64,000 nucleotides of DNA from Eledone cirrhosa (Eukaryota): the NCBI GenBank assembly GCA_964016885.1, contig OZ024741.1, forward strand, positions 32,674,001 to 32,738,000. The letters run 5' to 3'. The notes under the pieces were generated by a model. It was not told the DNA's origin. It saw only the letters and a list, made by a program, of their open reading frames with translations, and did no database searches. The first letter of the stretch is position 1, and each line of letters starts with the position of its first letter. Of the stretch, positions 1 to 13,266 are shown piece by piece. A program made the translations under genes and the position numbers.

Positions 1-1080
1 AATTGGGTTTATACTAACATATAGCCTAATGTTTGTTGAGTGAGATGGTTACCAGTCGGAGTTTAGCTTTAAGCTATCTCTGTTATTGTATTAAATATTT
101 TACTCTTGATTTGGCCAGTGGTATTTATTTCCAGGTACCTTATAAACATGACTTTCCGTATTTGTTACTGTTATGAGATATGGAGGTTTTTTGGTTGTCA
201 CTTCTCTGTTTTTAGCCTAAGAAAATATATATATGCGTGTGTAAATAATTACATGCATACATTTATTTTTTTTAATTAATTGAGTTCTTAACACGTGGAA
301 TTGATAATAGTTATGAAATTACTAATTAACCCGCGTGTATTAAATATTTTACTCTTAATTTAGCCAAAGATTTACATTCCCAATCGCCTTTTAAAGCGTA
401 CTTTCCGTATTTACTGCGTTTATGAGATGCGGTTTGTTATTTAGGTATTCACTTCTGTTTTTAGCCAAAGAAAATATCTATATGCGTGTGTAATTAATAC
501 ACGCATACATTTATTTTTTTAATTTCAATTGAGTTCTTAACACGTTGGATTGATAATATTTTTGAAAAAACTAATTAACCCCCGTGTTTATTATTTTCTT
601 TTTTCGTGAATCGTGGTTGTCTCCCTTTCCCGCTTCGTGACGCTATGAAACTTCCTCAGTCAAAAGACTGCTGGAATTTCAAATTTGGCGGTCATTCGTG
701 CGTGAGGGAGCAGCTTAGCAGACACGATTTTTAACTGCGGTAAGAATTTTTTCTTATATCAAAGTTTAATGGGCTTCCACTGAAGATTTATAAGTGCCCA
801 CCTAAATATATTCTTACATGAATGTATGTTAGGCTTCTACATAAACTGGAAACATTCTCCCAATTTGTAGAAAACTTATAATGAAACAATTGTTTGGAAA
901 GAGAGATATATTTTAACTTTAATTATATCTCATAAAATAATACAACTGGCTTTCCACAAAATACATATAGTTAGCACCCCAAACACTTAAATTGGGTTTA
1001 TACTAACATATAGCCTAATGTTTGTTGAGTGAGATGGTTACCAGTCGGAGTTTAACTTTAAGCTATCTCTGTTATTGTAT

Positions 1081-1085
<5 letters not shown>
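1..1085. repeat. ~989-bp-period direct repeat (1-97 recurs at 990-1085) containing a diverged ~248-bp internal tandem duplication (88-335 / 336-585)
   Basis: AATTGGGTTTATACTAACATATAGCC...GTATTAAATA near-identical at 1 and 990; TGTATTAAATATTTTACTCTT...CTAATTAACCC occurs twice in tandem. Confidence 0.8.
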
Positions 1086-1141
<56 letters not shown>

Positions 1142-1146
<5 letters not shown>

Positions 1147-1445
1147 GAAAAAAATCAGTGATGCATCTGGACTCAATTTATTGTGTGTTACAATTGTTTC
1201 GCCGGCAGACAGCTCGAGACATGATGATTGTATGGATCTGTTTGATTCTAGAACTGCGAGTTCGTCGGACAGTTGTATTAATTTCGGAGAAAATTTGTTC
1301 CGAAATTATTGCAAGTGTCCGACGAACCTGCAATTCTAGAATCAGACAGATCCATACAATGATCATGTCTCGAGCTGTCTGCCCGAGAAACAATTGTAAC
1401 ACACAATAAATTGAGTCCAGATGCATCACTGATTTTTGGTTTTAT
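1142..1445. repeat. ~300-bp fold-back palindrome, each arm carrying an HHR-like motif
   Basis: Arms are reverse complements (near-identical 83-aa pseudo-ORFs on both strands); abuts (TA)n; partial copies at 4900-5057 and 18108-18148. Confidence 0.9.
1315..1402 (+). ncRNA. Hammerhead-like motif, U4C core variant with long stem II
   Basis: gtgt-CCGACGA-[~60 nt incl. cagacag/ctgtctg]-GAAA-caattg-TA-acac; stem III ACAATTGT palindromic; mirrored on the other arm and at 4926-5015. Confidence 0.55.
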
Positions 1446-1560
1446 ATTATATCACACTCTACTCTGTAAAAACATAGAGTGCTCAACTGGCCTATGGAAG
1501 CATCATAGCTATCTTTAAACACACACACACATATATATATAAAAAAAAAAAACTAAAAAA

Positions 1561-2120
1561 AAAAACAATAATAAAATGTTACTTTTCAAATCTGCGTTAA
1601 AAGCTGATGTAACAATGATGGTTATAACGGCACTCCCGAGTTGTCATCTGTAACAAGCATCATATCATTAATCATTTTTTTATTCCAAAATATTTCGTTA
1701 TAGTCAAATGATTTACGATATCATATGTGGAAATTATATGTTGCTACTAAATTATAGAAGCGTTTTTATTTCTTTGCCTGTTGCTACATTTTAGAATTAC
1801 ACAGGTTTAACTTCTTTAACATAGGTTAGTATCCGTAGACTACTAACTGTAATATTTTGGTGTGTAGTGCTTCCCATCATAATTACTTCGGTATATTGTA
1901 TTCTATTTTATAAAATATAACTGACGACTTTACAATTATGAATAGAATGTAACCAGGTTTTAAAGCATTTGTTGTGGCACATGTCAGTGGCTTGATAAAT
2001 ACGTAGATATTTTATTGTATTGGTACAATCAGCGTATAAAACGATAGACCTGTAAAACCCTCATGGCATATCCCGACATTAATAGAACTGCCTATCTCTC
2101 TCTCTCTCCCTCCCTCTCTG

Positions 2121-2177
<57 letters not shown>

Positions 2178-2572
2178 TTCATTAGTTAAGCAAAAGAAGA
2201 CCACACATTTCACAAGGAAGACATTATTAAAAGAATTGTCAACATATTTAGTTTGATGTAAGGAATGTAGAGAATAATAATAATATTATTATTATTCTCT
2301 ACATTCCTTACATCAAACTAAATATGTTGACAATTCTTTTAATAATGCCTTCCTTGTGAAATGTGTGGTCTTCTTTTGCTTAACTAATGAATATTTCCAG
2401 CTCTGTGCACCTAACCTCTGCATGAACCCGACCACCTAGCTGCCTTCCACTGCATATTGCACATTGAGCACATGCCTTTACGCTTTGGCTTCTAACTAAT
2501 TCACCAATCTCTCCTCTCCTATCTCCTCTCCTATCTCCATCCCTCTCTTTAAGATTGGTTACTCTTGAACTG

Positions 2573-2616
<44 letters not shown>

Positions 2617-3170
2617 GGGGAGAGAGAGAGAGATAGGCAGTTCTATTAATGTCGGGATATGCCATGAGGGTTTTACAGGTCTATCGTTTTATACGCTGAT
2701 TGTACCAATACAATAAAATATCTACGTATTTATCAAGCCACTGACATGTGCCACAACAAATGCTTTAAAACCTGGTTACATTCTATTCATAATTGTAAAG
2801 TCGTCAGTTATATTTTATAAAATAGAATACAATATACCGAAGTAATTATGATGGGAAGCACTACACACCAAAACATTACAGTTAGTAGTCTACGGATACT
2901 AACCTATGTTAAAGAAGTTAAACCTGTGTAATTCTAAAATGTAGCAACAGGCAAAGAAATAAAAACGCTTCTATAATTTAGTAGCAACATATAATTTCCA
3001 CATATGATATCGTAAATCATTTGACTATAACGAAATATTTTGGAATAAAAAAATGATTAATGATATGATGCTTGTTACAGATGACAACTCGGGAGTGCCG
3101 TTATAACCATCATTGTTACATCAGCTTTTAACGCAGATTTGAAAAGTAACATTTTATTATTGTTTTTTTT
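1561..3170. repeat. Nested inverted repeat: ~550-bp outer arms (1561-2110 / 2620-3170) around an inner ~224-bp palindrome (2173-2396)
   Basis: 2631 onward is the near-exact reverse complement of 2097 back to 1561; inner palindrome centred on AATAAT|ATTATT at ~2285. Confidence 0.9.
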
Positions 3171-3501
3171 TGGGGGGTTTGTTTGTTTTTTTGTTGCATT
3201 GAATTACTTTAAATGCTTGTTCTGGAAAACATATCTCTATTTTGTATTACTGAAATATTTTATACATAGTTCCGTCAGTATTGTCATTTCCGGCAATAGT
3301 CCTAGCCTGGTATATTGATGGAACCACAGGGGTTTATACAGAGGTGGCCATGACTCTATCCCGACACCATTGATAGCACATACATGTTAAATGTATGAAA
3401 CTGTGTTTGTACAAAACAGGCTTTCTTCCAACAGATCCAGCACTGTTTTCCTTGATCTTTCATCGACGGATTTCTACCAAAACACATATTTCTACAACAA
3501 A

Positions 3502-3586
<85 letters not shown>

Positions 3587-3890
3587 AGGGGGGCGAGAGA
3601 GAGAAAGAGAAAATGTAAGAGAAACACAAACATAAACCAACGTACAATTTCCGCTCATCGGCTGTCTTCTGTGGAAGTCTGATATTTTGAACGCATTAAA
3701 GACATTACATCTCACCGCAGTGCGTTGATAACTATGAGGGCTAGCTATCCGGGAAACAAATCAAGAAAAATAAACAGAGATGATAAGGAAGAGAACGACA
3801 CAAAAAAAAAGAAGACACAAAAGAGAAAGACATACCGATAGAGAAGGGGAAAACACAAGAGTGCAGTGCATGAAAGTTACAGTAACCGGA

Positions 3891-3990
<100 letters not shown>

Positions 3991-4309
3991 CTAATGCAAA
4001 GACCGAACATAAGTCCTGAACCTGTACTAACAACACGAGGTAGAGCGAAGAAAAAAAAAACGTCTGATCATATCGAGAACAGGTGCAAAGGGGCACAAAC
4101 GAAGGAAAACGGAAATTGGGAGAATTTGTAAGGGAGCAGAGAGAGTAGGGAAAAGGAAATAGATGGTAAGAGAGAAAGAGAGAAAAAGAGAGCGAAAGGA
4201 TTAAGGAATGTGTCAATCCAAGTTGGCTGAACTTAAGTCTCAAAGCCGAATTAACAACAACAATCGAGATAAGGAGGATAGAGAGAACGGATGTCACAGC
4301 AATAAATTA

Positions 4310-4470
4310 ATTGTTTCTACTTTTGGCACAAGGCCAGCAATTACCCCATTGCATGACCGGTACTTTATTTTATCGACGCCGTAAGAATGCGATTTCAACT
4401 CAGATCATAAAGGGACGTAAAGCTATGCTGCTAAGCATGGCGTCCGACCTTCCGATACCGCCAATCCACC
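4310..4470 (-). mobile_element. Octopus-type tRNA-derived SINE (partial)
   Basis: Core GGCACAAGGCCAGCAATT...GGTACTTTATTTTATCGAC...CCAATCCACCG shared with the other copies. Confidence 0.75.
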
Positions 4471-4737
4471 GGTTTTCATATGAATTAAGAAGTGACAAAG
4501 GCGCTGTTTAGTTACTAATAAACATTATATAGAAAACGTAAGAGAAACACAGACATAAACACAAGGACAATTCCCGCTCATCAGCTGTCTTCTGTGGATC
4601 ACTGATGTTTCGAATGCATTAAAGACAGTACACTTTTTAATTCATATATATATATATAACGGTTGTTATATATATATGTATTTTCTCTATATACTATCTT
4701 ATATATATATATTGGCAACATGACCCTCCCAAAGTAT

Positions 4738-4789
<52 letters not shown>

Positions 4790-5050
4790 GTGTGTGTGTG
4801 TGTGTGTGTCTGATGGTAGCTAAGATGCTTCCATAGGCGGTATGCCGGTTGACCACTCTAAGCTCTTACAGAGCAGAGTATGATATAATATAGAACGTGA
4901 GAGAATTTGCTCTGAAATCATTAGATGTGTCCGTCGAACCTGCAGATCCAGAATCAGACAGATCCACACATTGATCGTGTCTCGAGATGTCCGCCGGCGA
5001 AACAATTGTAACACACAATAAATTGAGTTTAGATGCATCAATGGTTTTTC

Positions 5051-5096
<46 letters not shown>

Positions 5097-5097
<1 letters not shown>

Positions 5098-7833
5098 CCT
5101 CCACACTCTTACTCAGTACACAAGGTATCAGCCCATCCATCAATGCACAGAAATGGAAGATCCAATTCATTGCGGATTGGGTTGGTAACCATCGATTTCA
5201 CATCCCCTTCTTCCTTCTTACTGAGACCCACCTTGACAACTCCCACTTGGCGGTCGAAGTAAGAGTGAGAAATTTCACAACCATCCGTGTGAATCTTGTT
5301 GGCAGAAGGAAGGGTGGAACTGCCATTTTCCTGCATGATTCTTTTACGGCAGATGGCAACACAACATTCTCTAATGGATACTGGGAATCAGTCACTGTGC
5401 ACAATAAAGCCAATGTCCTGACATTAGTTGGGCTCTATAGGCTGCCACAAACACCCATAATCTGTTTCAAAGAATGCCTCAACAGTATTAAATGCTTTTT
5501 TAAACAGTGCCATTCTAGCAACATACTTTTGATAGGAGACTTTAATCTACCCTGTGTCGATTGGTCTACATGTAGTTTGAAACCAGGCTCCACAGCCTCA
5601 ACCACTGACAAAGAGGCTGTCGAGTCACTTCTTGACTTCATGAATGAGTTTTTCTTTTCCCAACTTGTCCTTGCACCAACGAAGCACCAGAAGAACATTC
5701 TGGATCTAGTGTTTAGTAACCACACTAACACTATACATAATATTACAGTGGAAAAACCCTTCTCTCAGACCATGACAGTCGAAAGCTAATTCCAGGGTCC
5801 TCTCTCCAGCCCACCCATTTGATAACATGGATCTCTACAATGCCAACTGGGATGCAATTATGAACGAACTATCTCATGTCGACTGGTCTTTTACACACGC
5901 ACACACTTCCACCAACATCAAAACATCTTGGCAGATATTTGTAGACACTGTCACAAATATATGTACAAAACACACCCCACCAAAACCTGTGAAAAAAACA
6001 AGTGCAGTATCCCCAAAACAGAAAAGCAATTATCAGAAAAATAAAAAAAAACAAACAAAAAAATTAACACACTAACATACTGCCAACAGTAACACACACA
6101 TTCAATGGCTATCACCCTGCTTGAGTAAAAAAAAATATAACCTCCAGCAATGCATGATGACCATCATCAATAACCAGAGAATAGCTGAAGAGAGGTGGGC
6201 CATTGAGAAAATCAAACTCAGCCCCAAAGAGTTCTTCACATTCGATAAAAATCACAAGGTCACCGTCTCCACTGTTGGCCCCCTAGTTGATGAAAATGGC
6301 ACACTCCAGGACAATGCCAAAATCATGGGCGAGATACTGCAGAAACAATACCGCTCTGTTTTCAGCAACCCTGATATGGCCGATCTGGGCTATCAGTGAT
6401 ATTGTCCCCCAAAACATCATATCAGACATAACGTTTGGCGACCCTGATGTCTTAGCGGCAATAAACAAAATTAAACACAATTCAGCAGTCGGCCCCGACA
6501 GGTTCCCTGCTTGTGTCCTGAAGGTGTTTCAACACCAACTTGCAACTCCTCTTGCTAATCTGTGGAGGAACTCACTGGCCAATGGCTATATTCCTGAAAA
6601 CTTTCTGTCCCAGTCCGTTGTCCCAGTCTTCAAAAAGGGAAATAAGTCCCTTGCAGTGAACTACCGTCCGATCTCACTCACCTCTCATATTATCAAGGTA
6701 TTTGAGAGGGTGGTGAGATCACGAATAACCCACTTTCTTGAAAGAAATGGCCTGCTGAACTCCAACCAACATGGGTTCCGTAATGGAAGGGACTGCCTAA
6801 TGCAGCTACTGCATCATTTTGACGATGTTTTGAGAGACTTGGAAGAGGGCTCCAACACTGAGTCATCTACCTTGATTTCAGCAAGGCCTTCGACAGGGTT
6901 GATCATAAGATTCTACTGAAAACACTATCCAATGTTGGTGTCTCCGGAAGGTTACTACAGTGGATCAAATGTTTCCTGACAGGCAGAACCCAGCATGTTG
7001 TAGTCGAAGGAGTAAAATGAAGCCCTGCCGAAGTCCGCAGTGGCGTCCCAAAAGGCACTCTGTTGGGCCCACTTCTTTTCATCATCTACATTAATGACAT
7101 TACAGGCATCATCACACACAGTAACATCAGAATATTCGCAGATGATTCCAAGCTCCAATGGATCATCAATGAGGTGGGTGACCGGACTTCCCTTCAGTCA
7201 CACCTACTGGCTGTTATCCAATGGGCTGAAATGAATAATATGCTGAGGATAAATTTGAACTAATCCACTTTGGAAAAAAGGATAGCCTGAAACTAACATA
7301 CTCTCTTCCTTCGGGTGAAACTCTAGTTGCTTCCAAAAACATCAGAGACCTGGGAGTAATTGTGAACAACAATATCAGCTGGGCCAATCATATAAATTGC
7401 ATGGTTGACATGGCCCGCAGAATGTGTTCATGGATTCTCAGAACTACACAGTCGAGAGATATCCACACTGTTGTCCTTCTCTTCTCCACTTTTGTCCGAC
7501 CCCACCTTGAATACTGTTGTCCACTGTGGTCACCCCACACGAAACAATGTATCATGAAATTTGAAGCACCCCAAATGTCAATTACAAAAAAGATAGTTGG
7601 CAAATATTCCATCAGCTTAGCCCAAATGATGTTGGCATCATCTTTAGTGTACACCCAAGGCTTGGACCCCGTGCTATCAGCCCACGACAAAAATCACACT
7701 CGTATCACATAACAACACTACGGCACAATTATTTCACCTCAATTGGCCCTGCACTCTTTAACGTTACACCAAAACACATGAAAGCAGAGACAGACCCCAT
7801 CAAGTTCAAGAAGTCTTTGGATAAATTCCTTCT
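5097..7833 (+). mobile_element. Decayed CR1-group non-LTR retrotransposon (APE endonuclease + RT), multiple frameshifts
   Basis: EN motifs GLYRLP, IGDFNLPCVDW, NILDLVFSN; RT motifs GPDRFP, NYRPISLTS, QHGFR, DFSKAFDRVDH, GPLLFIIYIND, IFADDSK; C-terminal FVRPHLEYCCPLWSPH; flanked by (TA)n. Confidence 0.9.
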
Positions 7834-7844
7834 ATATATATATA

Positions 7845-7904
<60 letters not shown>

Positions 7905-7918
7905 TATATATATATATA

Positions 7919-8003
7919 GTTTTAATATAGATGAGATTCTACAGGACTAGAACAGTTTGATTCTCTAGAAATCATCAGGAATCTGGGTATCAAAAAATAA
8001 ATA
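7919..8003 (-). ncRNA. Inverted pLTR fragment with degenerate HHR (family A), directly upstream of a PLE ORF
   Basis: Reverse complement of 7934-7984 = agattc-CTGATGA-tttctagagaat-CAAA-ctgttctagtcctg-TA-gaatct (GAAA mutated to CAAA). Confidence 0.65.
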
Positions 8004-8785
8004 TGGAGGTTCATACCGAGACGACAGTCTCTTCGCCCTGCACAAGGTTAACCCCAGAACCACCAATGGGTTTCGAAGAAACTTAAGCTCGTTCTTCTCT
8101 AATATAGGATTTAGTATAACTATAGAATCTAATATGACTAGGACCAACTGCTTAGATGTCACTCTCGACCTTGATACTTCCCTATATTACCCGTACCACA
8201 AACCTAACGAGTCCCTTAGATATATTAATGTTAATTCTGACTACCCAAAAAACATCACTGATAACTTAGTAAAAAGCGTCTCTATTAGAATCTCTGTCCT
8301 CTCTGCCAACGAAGATATTGTTAACGCCTCTGCCTCCAACTACAATGACGCCCTCGCCCGCAGCGGATTTAAAGAAAAGATAACCTACCTAGAAACCACC
8401 GCAAGCTTGCAGAGGAGGACAGGCATCGGCAGATTAGCTGGTACAACCCTCCCTTCAATAGAGATGTCTCTACACGGATAGCTAGGATCTTCTTCACTTT
8501 GCTGAAAACACACTTCCCCATACAACATAGGTACTACACCATCTTTAATAAGAACACAATAAGACTCTCCTACTCCACCACACCTAACCTAGCTAGGAAT
8601 ATAGCCAACCACAATTCTAAAAAATTAAATAAGCCAACCACCTCCGAACCCAATCCCCGGACTGGGACCTTGTATAATTGCCTAAATAAGGAACCCTGCC
8701 CACTTGAAAACAAATGCCTGACAAATGATATCGTATACAAATGCGATGTCAAAAAGACTTACATCGGCATGACTTCTGTCGATGT
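8004..8785 (+). mobile_element. Penelope-like element fragment (RT C-terminal half, linker, start of GIY-YIG), frameshifted
   Basis: YRDD; LDVTLDL..YYPYHKPNE.LRYINVNSDYP; IFNKNTIRLSYS; NC..KEPCPLENKCLTNDIVYKC..KTYIGMT. Confidence 0.85.
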
Positions 8786-8810
8786 AATATATGTACATGT
8801 AAATATATCT

Positions 8811-8945
8811 CTAGGGCGGGTAAGATTCCCGAGAGCCATGGACGAGTTCTCTCCGGCGGTTTCTGTCCCTCATAATCGCTGCCATGTCCTGCGTCTCCAA
8901 CAGACCAGTGTCTGTCCTTACGGCATCAACATACGTTAACCTTGG
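8811..8945 (-). mobile_element. RTE-clade LINE 3' end fragment
   Basis: [15 protein letters not shown]...[11 protein letters not shown] resembles the typical RTE ORF2 C-terminus. Confidence 0.55.
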
Positions 8946-8980
8946 TCTTTCTCTATATATATGTGTGTATATATGTATAT

Positions 8981-9012
<32 letters not shown>

Positions 9013-9100
9013 GTATATGTGTGTGTATATATATATATTATGTGTGCGTATATATATATGTGTGTGCATATGTATGTATATATATGCGTGTATGTGTGTG

Positions 9101-9140
<40 letters not shown>

Positions 9141-9254
9141 TATGTATATATGTACATGTGTATATGTATGTATATATATGTGTGTGTATGTATGTCTGTA
9201 TATATGTGTGTGTGTATATATATATATATATGTATGGGTGTGTATATGTGTATG

Positions 9255-9287
<33 letters not shown>

Positions 9288-9574
9288 GTATATATATGTG
9301 TGTGTATATATATATATATGTGTATATGTGTATGTATGAGTATGTATATATATATATATATGTGTGTGTGTGTATATATATATAAATGTATGTGTGTGTT
9401 TATGTATATATGTATATATATATATATATATATATGTATATGTATGTATATATGTGTGTATATGTGTATATATATATATATGCATATATGTGTGTATATG
9501 TTTATATATATGTGCATGTCAGCGTATGTATGTATATATGTATGTGTATATATATATGTATATATATGTATATA

Positions 9575-9636
<62 letters not shown>

Positions 9637-9825
9637 TAGTTAGGGAAGCAGAAAATTACTTATTGTGATCCAGTTCGTGGTTAAGAAAGCCAGTTTCATG
9701 GACGGTTTCAACGTACGGTTAGGGGTAACTCCACAAGTTTGTAAGAATTCCGTTCAATCTTGGAGTATAAAGTATAAAAGAGAAAACACAGGTAAGCATT
9801 AAGAGAAGGATTTTATCCAGGTATT

Positions 9826-10136
9826 TACGACCGTTTCATTGGTAAGGATTTAATTATGGATAGTGGGTGGTTTGAGTTACAGTTGATGTAAGCTAAGTTT
9901 TCATTAATCTTGTGAAAAGGTCTTATAAGCCCCGTATTTAGGTTAAGCGTCGCGTCTAGAAAGTTAACTGTGTTAGTGCTATACTCATACGTTATGCTAA
10001 GGCCTAGTTTCCCGAGAGTCTTTCTAATATTCTTACGGAGTCTTTCTATGCTCTGGTTATTTAGGTTCTTAACTAGGAGAAGGGCGTCGTCTCTGTAGAT
10101 TCTACCGTGAAGGTCGCTAAACTCACAAACTGACAA
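9826..10136 (-). mobile_element. Penelope-like RT fragment bracketed by a ~50-bp inverted repeat (9773-9825 / 10851-10903)
   Basis: GRIYRDDALL, VNFLDATLNLNTG, PFHKINENLAYINCNSNHP; AAATACCTGGATAAAATCCTTCTCTTAATGCTTACCTG and its reverse complement. Confidence 0.8.
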
Positions 10137-10347
10137 ACTGCATACACTTAGACTTTATACCCTCTTAATGTATCTAACCCCTTTAATTACCCACAAAAAA
10201 CAATACCTATATCACTCCCTTCTCCTTCATTCCTCTTCTATTTCTTTTCGTTTTCTTCCTTTCTTCCCTCCCCTATTTGGCTATCTTTCCTTTTCTTCTT
10301 TCTCCCCCCCTCTTTACTCTTATTTTTTATCATTATTATTTTTATCT

Positions 10348-10437
<90 letters not shown>

Positions 10438-10900
10438 CTCTTTATCTCCACCGCCCCTCTCTCTCTCCATCCATCCCACTATGATCAATTTAATTCTCTA
10501 TAACTCACTACAATCACCGACATAAAGTCTACATATCAAAACTAATCAAAGAATCCTTCCACCTCTACCCCACACTCCATCGCTGTTTGTCACTCTACGT
10601 CCTAACTCTTCTCCCCCTTCCTCTCTCTCTATACTATTCCGTTTGTCCCCTCACTTTCTAATTCCTCTTCCTTTCTCTCTATACTTGTAAATACAATTCC
10701 AAAAAAATGTTTTTCCTTATATATTAAGAACTATTTCAAGAGTAACTTACTCACTATTTTGAAAATTTGGACGTGAACAACAATTATCATTGAGTGGCTG
10801 CTATCTGCAGTATAGCAATATAAGGTTGCACTTACCAATGAAAAGGTCCTAAATACCTGGATAAAATCCTTCTCTTAATGCTTACCTGCGTTTTCTCTTC

Positions 10901-10958
<58 letters not shown>

Positions 10959-11433
10959 CGTGCGTGTGTGTGTGTGTTTGTGTTTGTGAATGTGTCTGTT
11001 GACACCTGGAATATAGCTCAAGGGAAACTTGAAGATAATGGTATGATAGGCACTCAATATTTTGAACTGGTCTATAGAATTCTCTAGGCCTTTGTCACTC
11101 TAAGTAGAACTTTAAAGAATTAGCTATTAAAGAATTTCCTTTTTCTTTAAATCCATCAACCATGACCAACCCCCAACGATCTTATAGACACCTGAAATAT
11201 AGGCATTGTTAGCTTAAGAGAAACTTAAAAATAATGGGTGGCACCCCATTCTGAACTTGTTTATAGAATTATTTCTGCTTTTGTTACTCTAAATATAAAT
11301 TATAGCTTTAAAAAATTAGCTTTTAATGAATTCCCTTTTCTATCAACCAATGACATCTACCCATCCCACTCCGCACCCTCTCCTACCACCTGAAGAGACC
11401 TATAAAAACCATGTTTATTATTTTATGATACCT

Positions 11434-11484
11434 AGATTCCTGATGATTTCTAAAGAATGAAACAGTTCTAGTCCTGTAGAATCT
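11434..11484 (+). ncRNA. Type I hammerhead ribozyme (family A, intact core)
   Basis: agattc-CTGATGA-tttctaaagaat-GAAA-cag ttctagtc ctg-TA-gaatct; 6-bp stem I, GUA cleavage triplet; stem I covaries to ggcttc/gaagcc at 18436-18530. Confidence 0.8.
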
Positions 11485-11567
11485 CATCTATATTAAACCT
11501 TTTATACTATGCTATGTATTGGGTACCTTACTTACTGTGGTTACATCCGATTCAACCCGGAATAACG

Positions 11568-11598
<31 letters not shown>

Positions 11599-11599
<1 letters not shown>

Positions 11600-12500
11600 C
11601 TAGAAACGTAGTCTATAGCATAAGATGTACAGAGGGTACTTGCAGAAACATGACAACAACATACATAGGCGAGACAGCTCGTAGCATAGGTGAAAGGATA
11701 GACTAACAATGGGGGGAACTAAAGGGACGAAAAAACGGCTCAGTACTATACGAACATGCCAGACAAAAACACGACGGTAACATAGACTACATAGAAATTA
11801 GAATAATATCTAAACATAGAAATGACCCAGCAGATAAGCAAATCAGAGAGGCAAGGGAAATAGAACTTAGAAGGCCAAGGCTACACAGAAAGAATGAATG
11901 GAATAACAACACCCAAACATCAACACTGACCTAAGAGAAGTATAAATAAATAAATAAATAGATAAATAATTAAATGAATAAATAAATAGATAACTAATTA
12001 AATAAATAAATAAATAAATACATACACATGCACAATAACAACAAACACATATAAACACACACTAGTAAAGATAGAATACATTAACCAATACACAGCCACC
12101 CAATCACGAACACACATCAAACAAAACACTATACACACACGCAAACGCATGCGCAAAGAAGACAAAATAAAATAAACAAATAAATAAATATATAAACAGA
12201 CTAAATAAAGATGGCGTAGAAAATACAATGTAACGGGTGGAAACAATAGCACCACTGACGATGTTGCAGATGTGCAACGAAAGAGCTTTGATAAACTATA
12301 TATATGTGATTGTGTCTACATTGTATCTGTATTATTTTTGACCGTTGGTCAGTCAATGGCTACATTGAGGACCGAATAATTTAGATTACCTATATAAAAG
12401 ACAGAGAAGCGAAAAGCGAAAACCAACCAAACAGTGAGTGTGTTCTGTTATTAATTCTGGCAATATTACACAAATATGACCCTCCCCAAGTATAACAATA
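11599..12500 (+). mobile_element. 5'-truncated Penelope-like element: GIY-YIG endonuclease remnant (11599-11934, one internal stop), 3' region and HHR
   Basis: Manual translation NVVYSIRCTEGTC...TYIGETARSIGERID*...SVLYEHARQKH...KQIREAREIELRRPRLHRKNEW (absent from ORF track); end ATGACCCTCCCCAAGTATAACAA(TA)n shared with 4712-4745 and 25815-25860. Confidence 0.8.
12246..12300 (+). ncRNA. Minimal hammerhead-like motif (family B)
   Basis: CTGACGA-t-gttgca gatg tgcaac-GAAA-gagc-TT; the homolog at 25548-25601 has a fully covaried stem II. Confidence 0.6.
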
Positions 12501-12662
12501 TATATATATATATATATATTAGAAAGTTAGGTTTTTTTTACAAAACGAAAAATAACCGAGGTGTCGTACACGAGTGAAAGTATAAAGAAAAAGAGATGAA
12601 ATCGAAAATGCAACTGGAGTCTTATTTTTTTATTTTTTTAAAATATATGTATTTATTTGGTT

Positions 12663-12700
12663 CCTTTACCGGTTTCGCAGTTCTTCTGCTTTTCAAAAGG
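12663..12700 (-). ncRNA. Minimal hammerhead ribozyme, U3-A8 core variant (pLTR copy 1)
   Basis: cctt-TTGAAAA-gcag aagaa ctgc-GAAA-ccgg-TA-aagg on the minus strand. Confidence 0.7.
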
Positions 12701-13219
12701 TGAGTTGAGATGGAGGGTCTGTGGTTTTTCTCACATCTGGTTGGTCTCTGAATGTTACTTGTTTTATATGGAAAAAGTGGCTCGAAATGCCAGGTTTTTC
12801 GAGAAGTAATTTGATTGGTTTGTCAATAATTATAATAAATTTCGCGCCAGTTCGCGTTACAATAGTTCTTAAAATAAGAGTGGGGGGGGGGGGTTGTCAC
12901 AGGTTGTTTTGTCATATATGAGTGTTTGAATTTCTTTTTACTTGAAAAAAGGAGGCTCACGAAGGGGCTTTCTTTTGGTTGGTTATAAATGAAATTTGGC
13001 TGTCACGGGAACAAGTTTGGGTTACATTTTTGCGCCCTTATTTGGAAAACTATTATGTAGTCTTTATAGTGAATGTTATGACAATGGAGATATAGTGGTC
13101 AAGAGAAAAGGGATTGGGAGAATTGTTCTGGTTCAGTGAATATGGTTAGTTCGCTGGGGTGTCAGAGTTCAGATTTTCTATTGAAGTGAAGATGTATGTT
13201 TATTTGTGTGCTTGTGTGT

Positions 13220-13266
<47 letters not shown>

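Noticed and set aside
1158-1429. Near-identical 83-aa ORFs on both strands
   Set aside because: Consequence of the palindrome, not a gene pair
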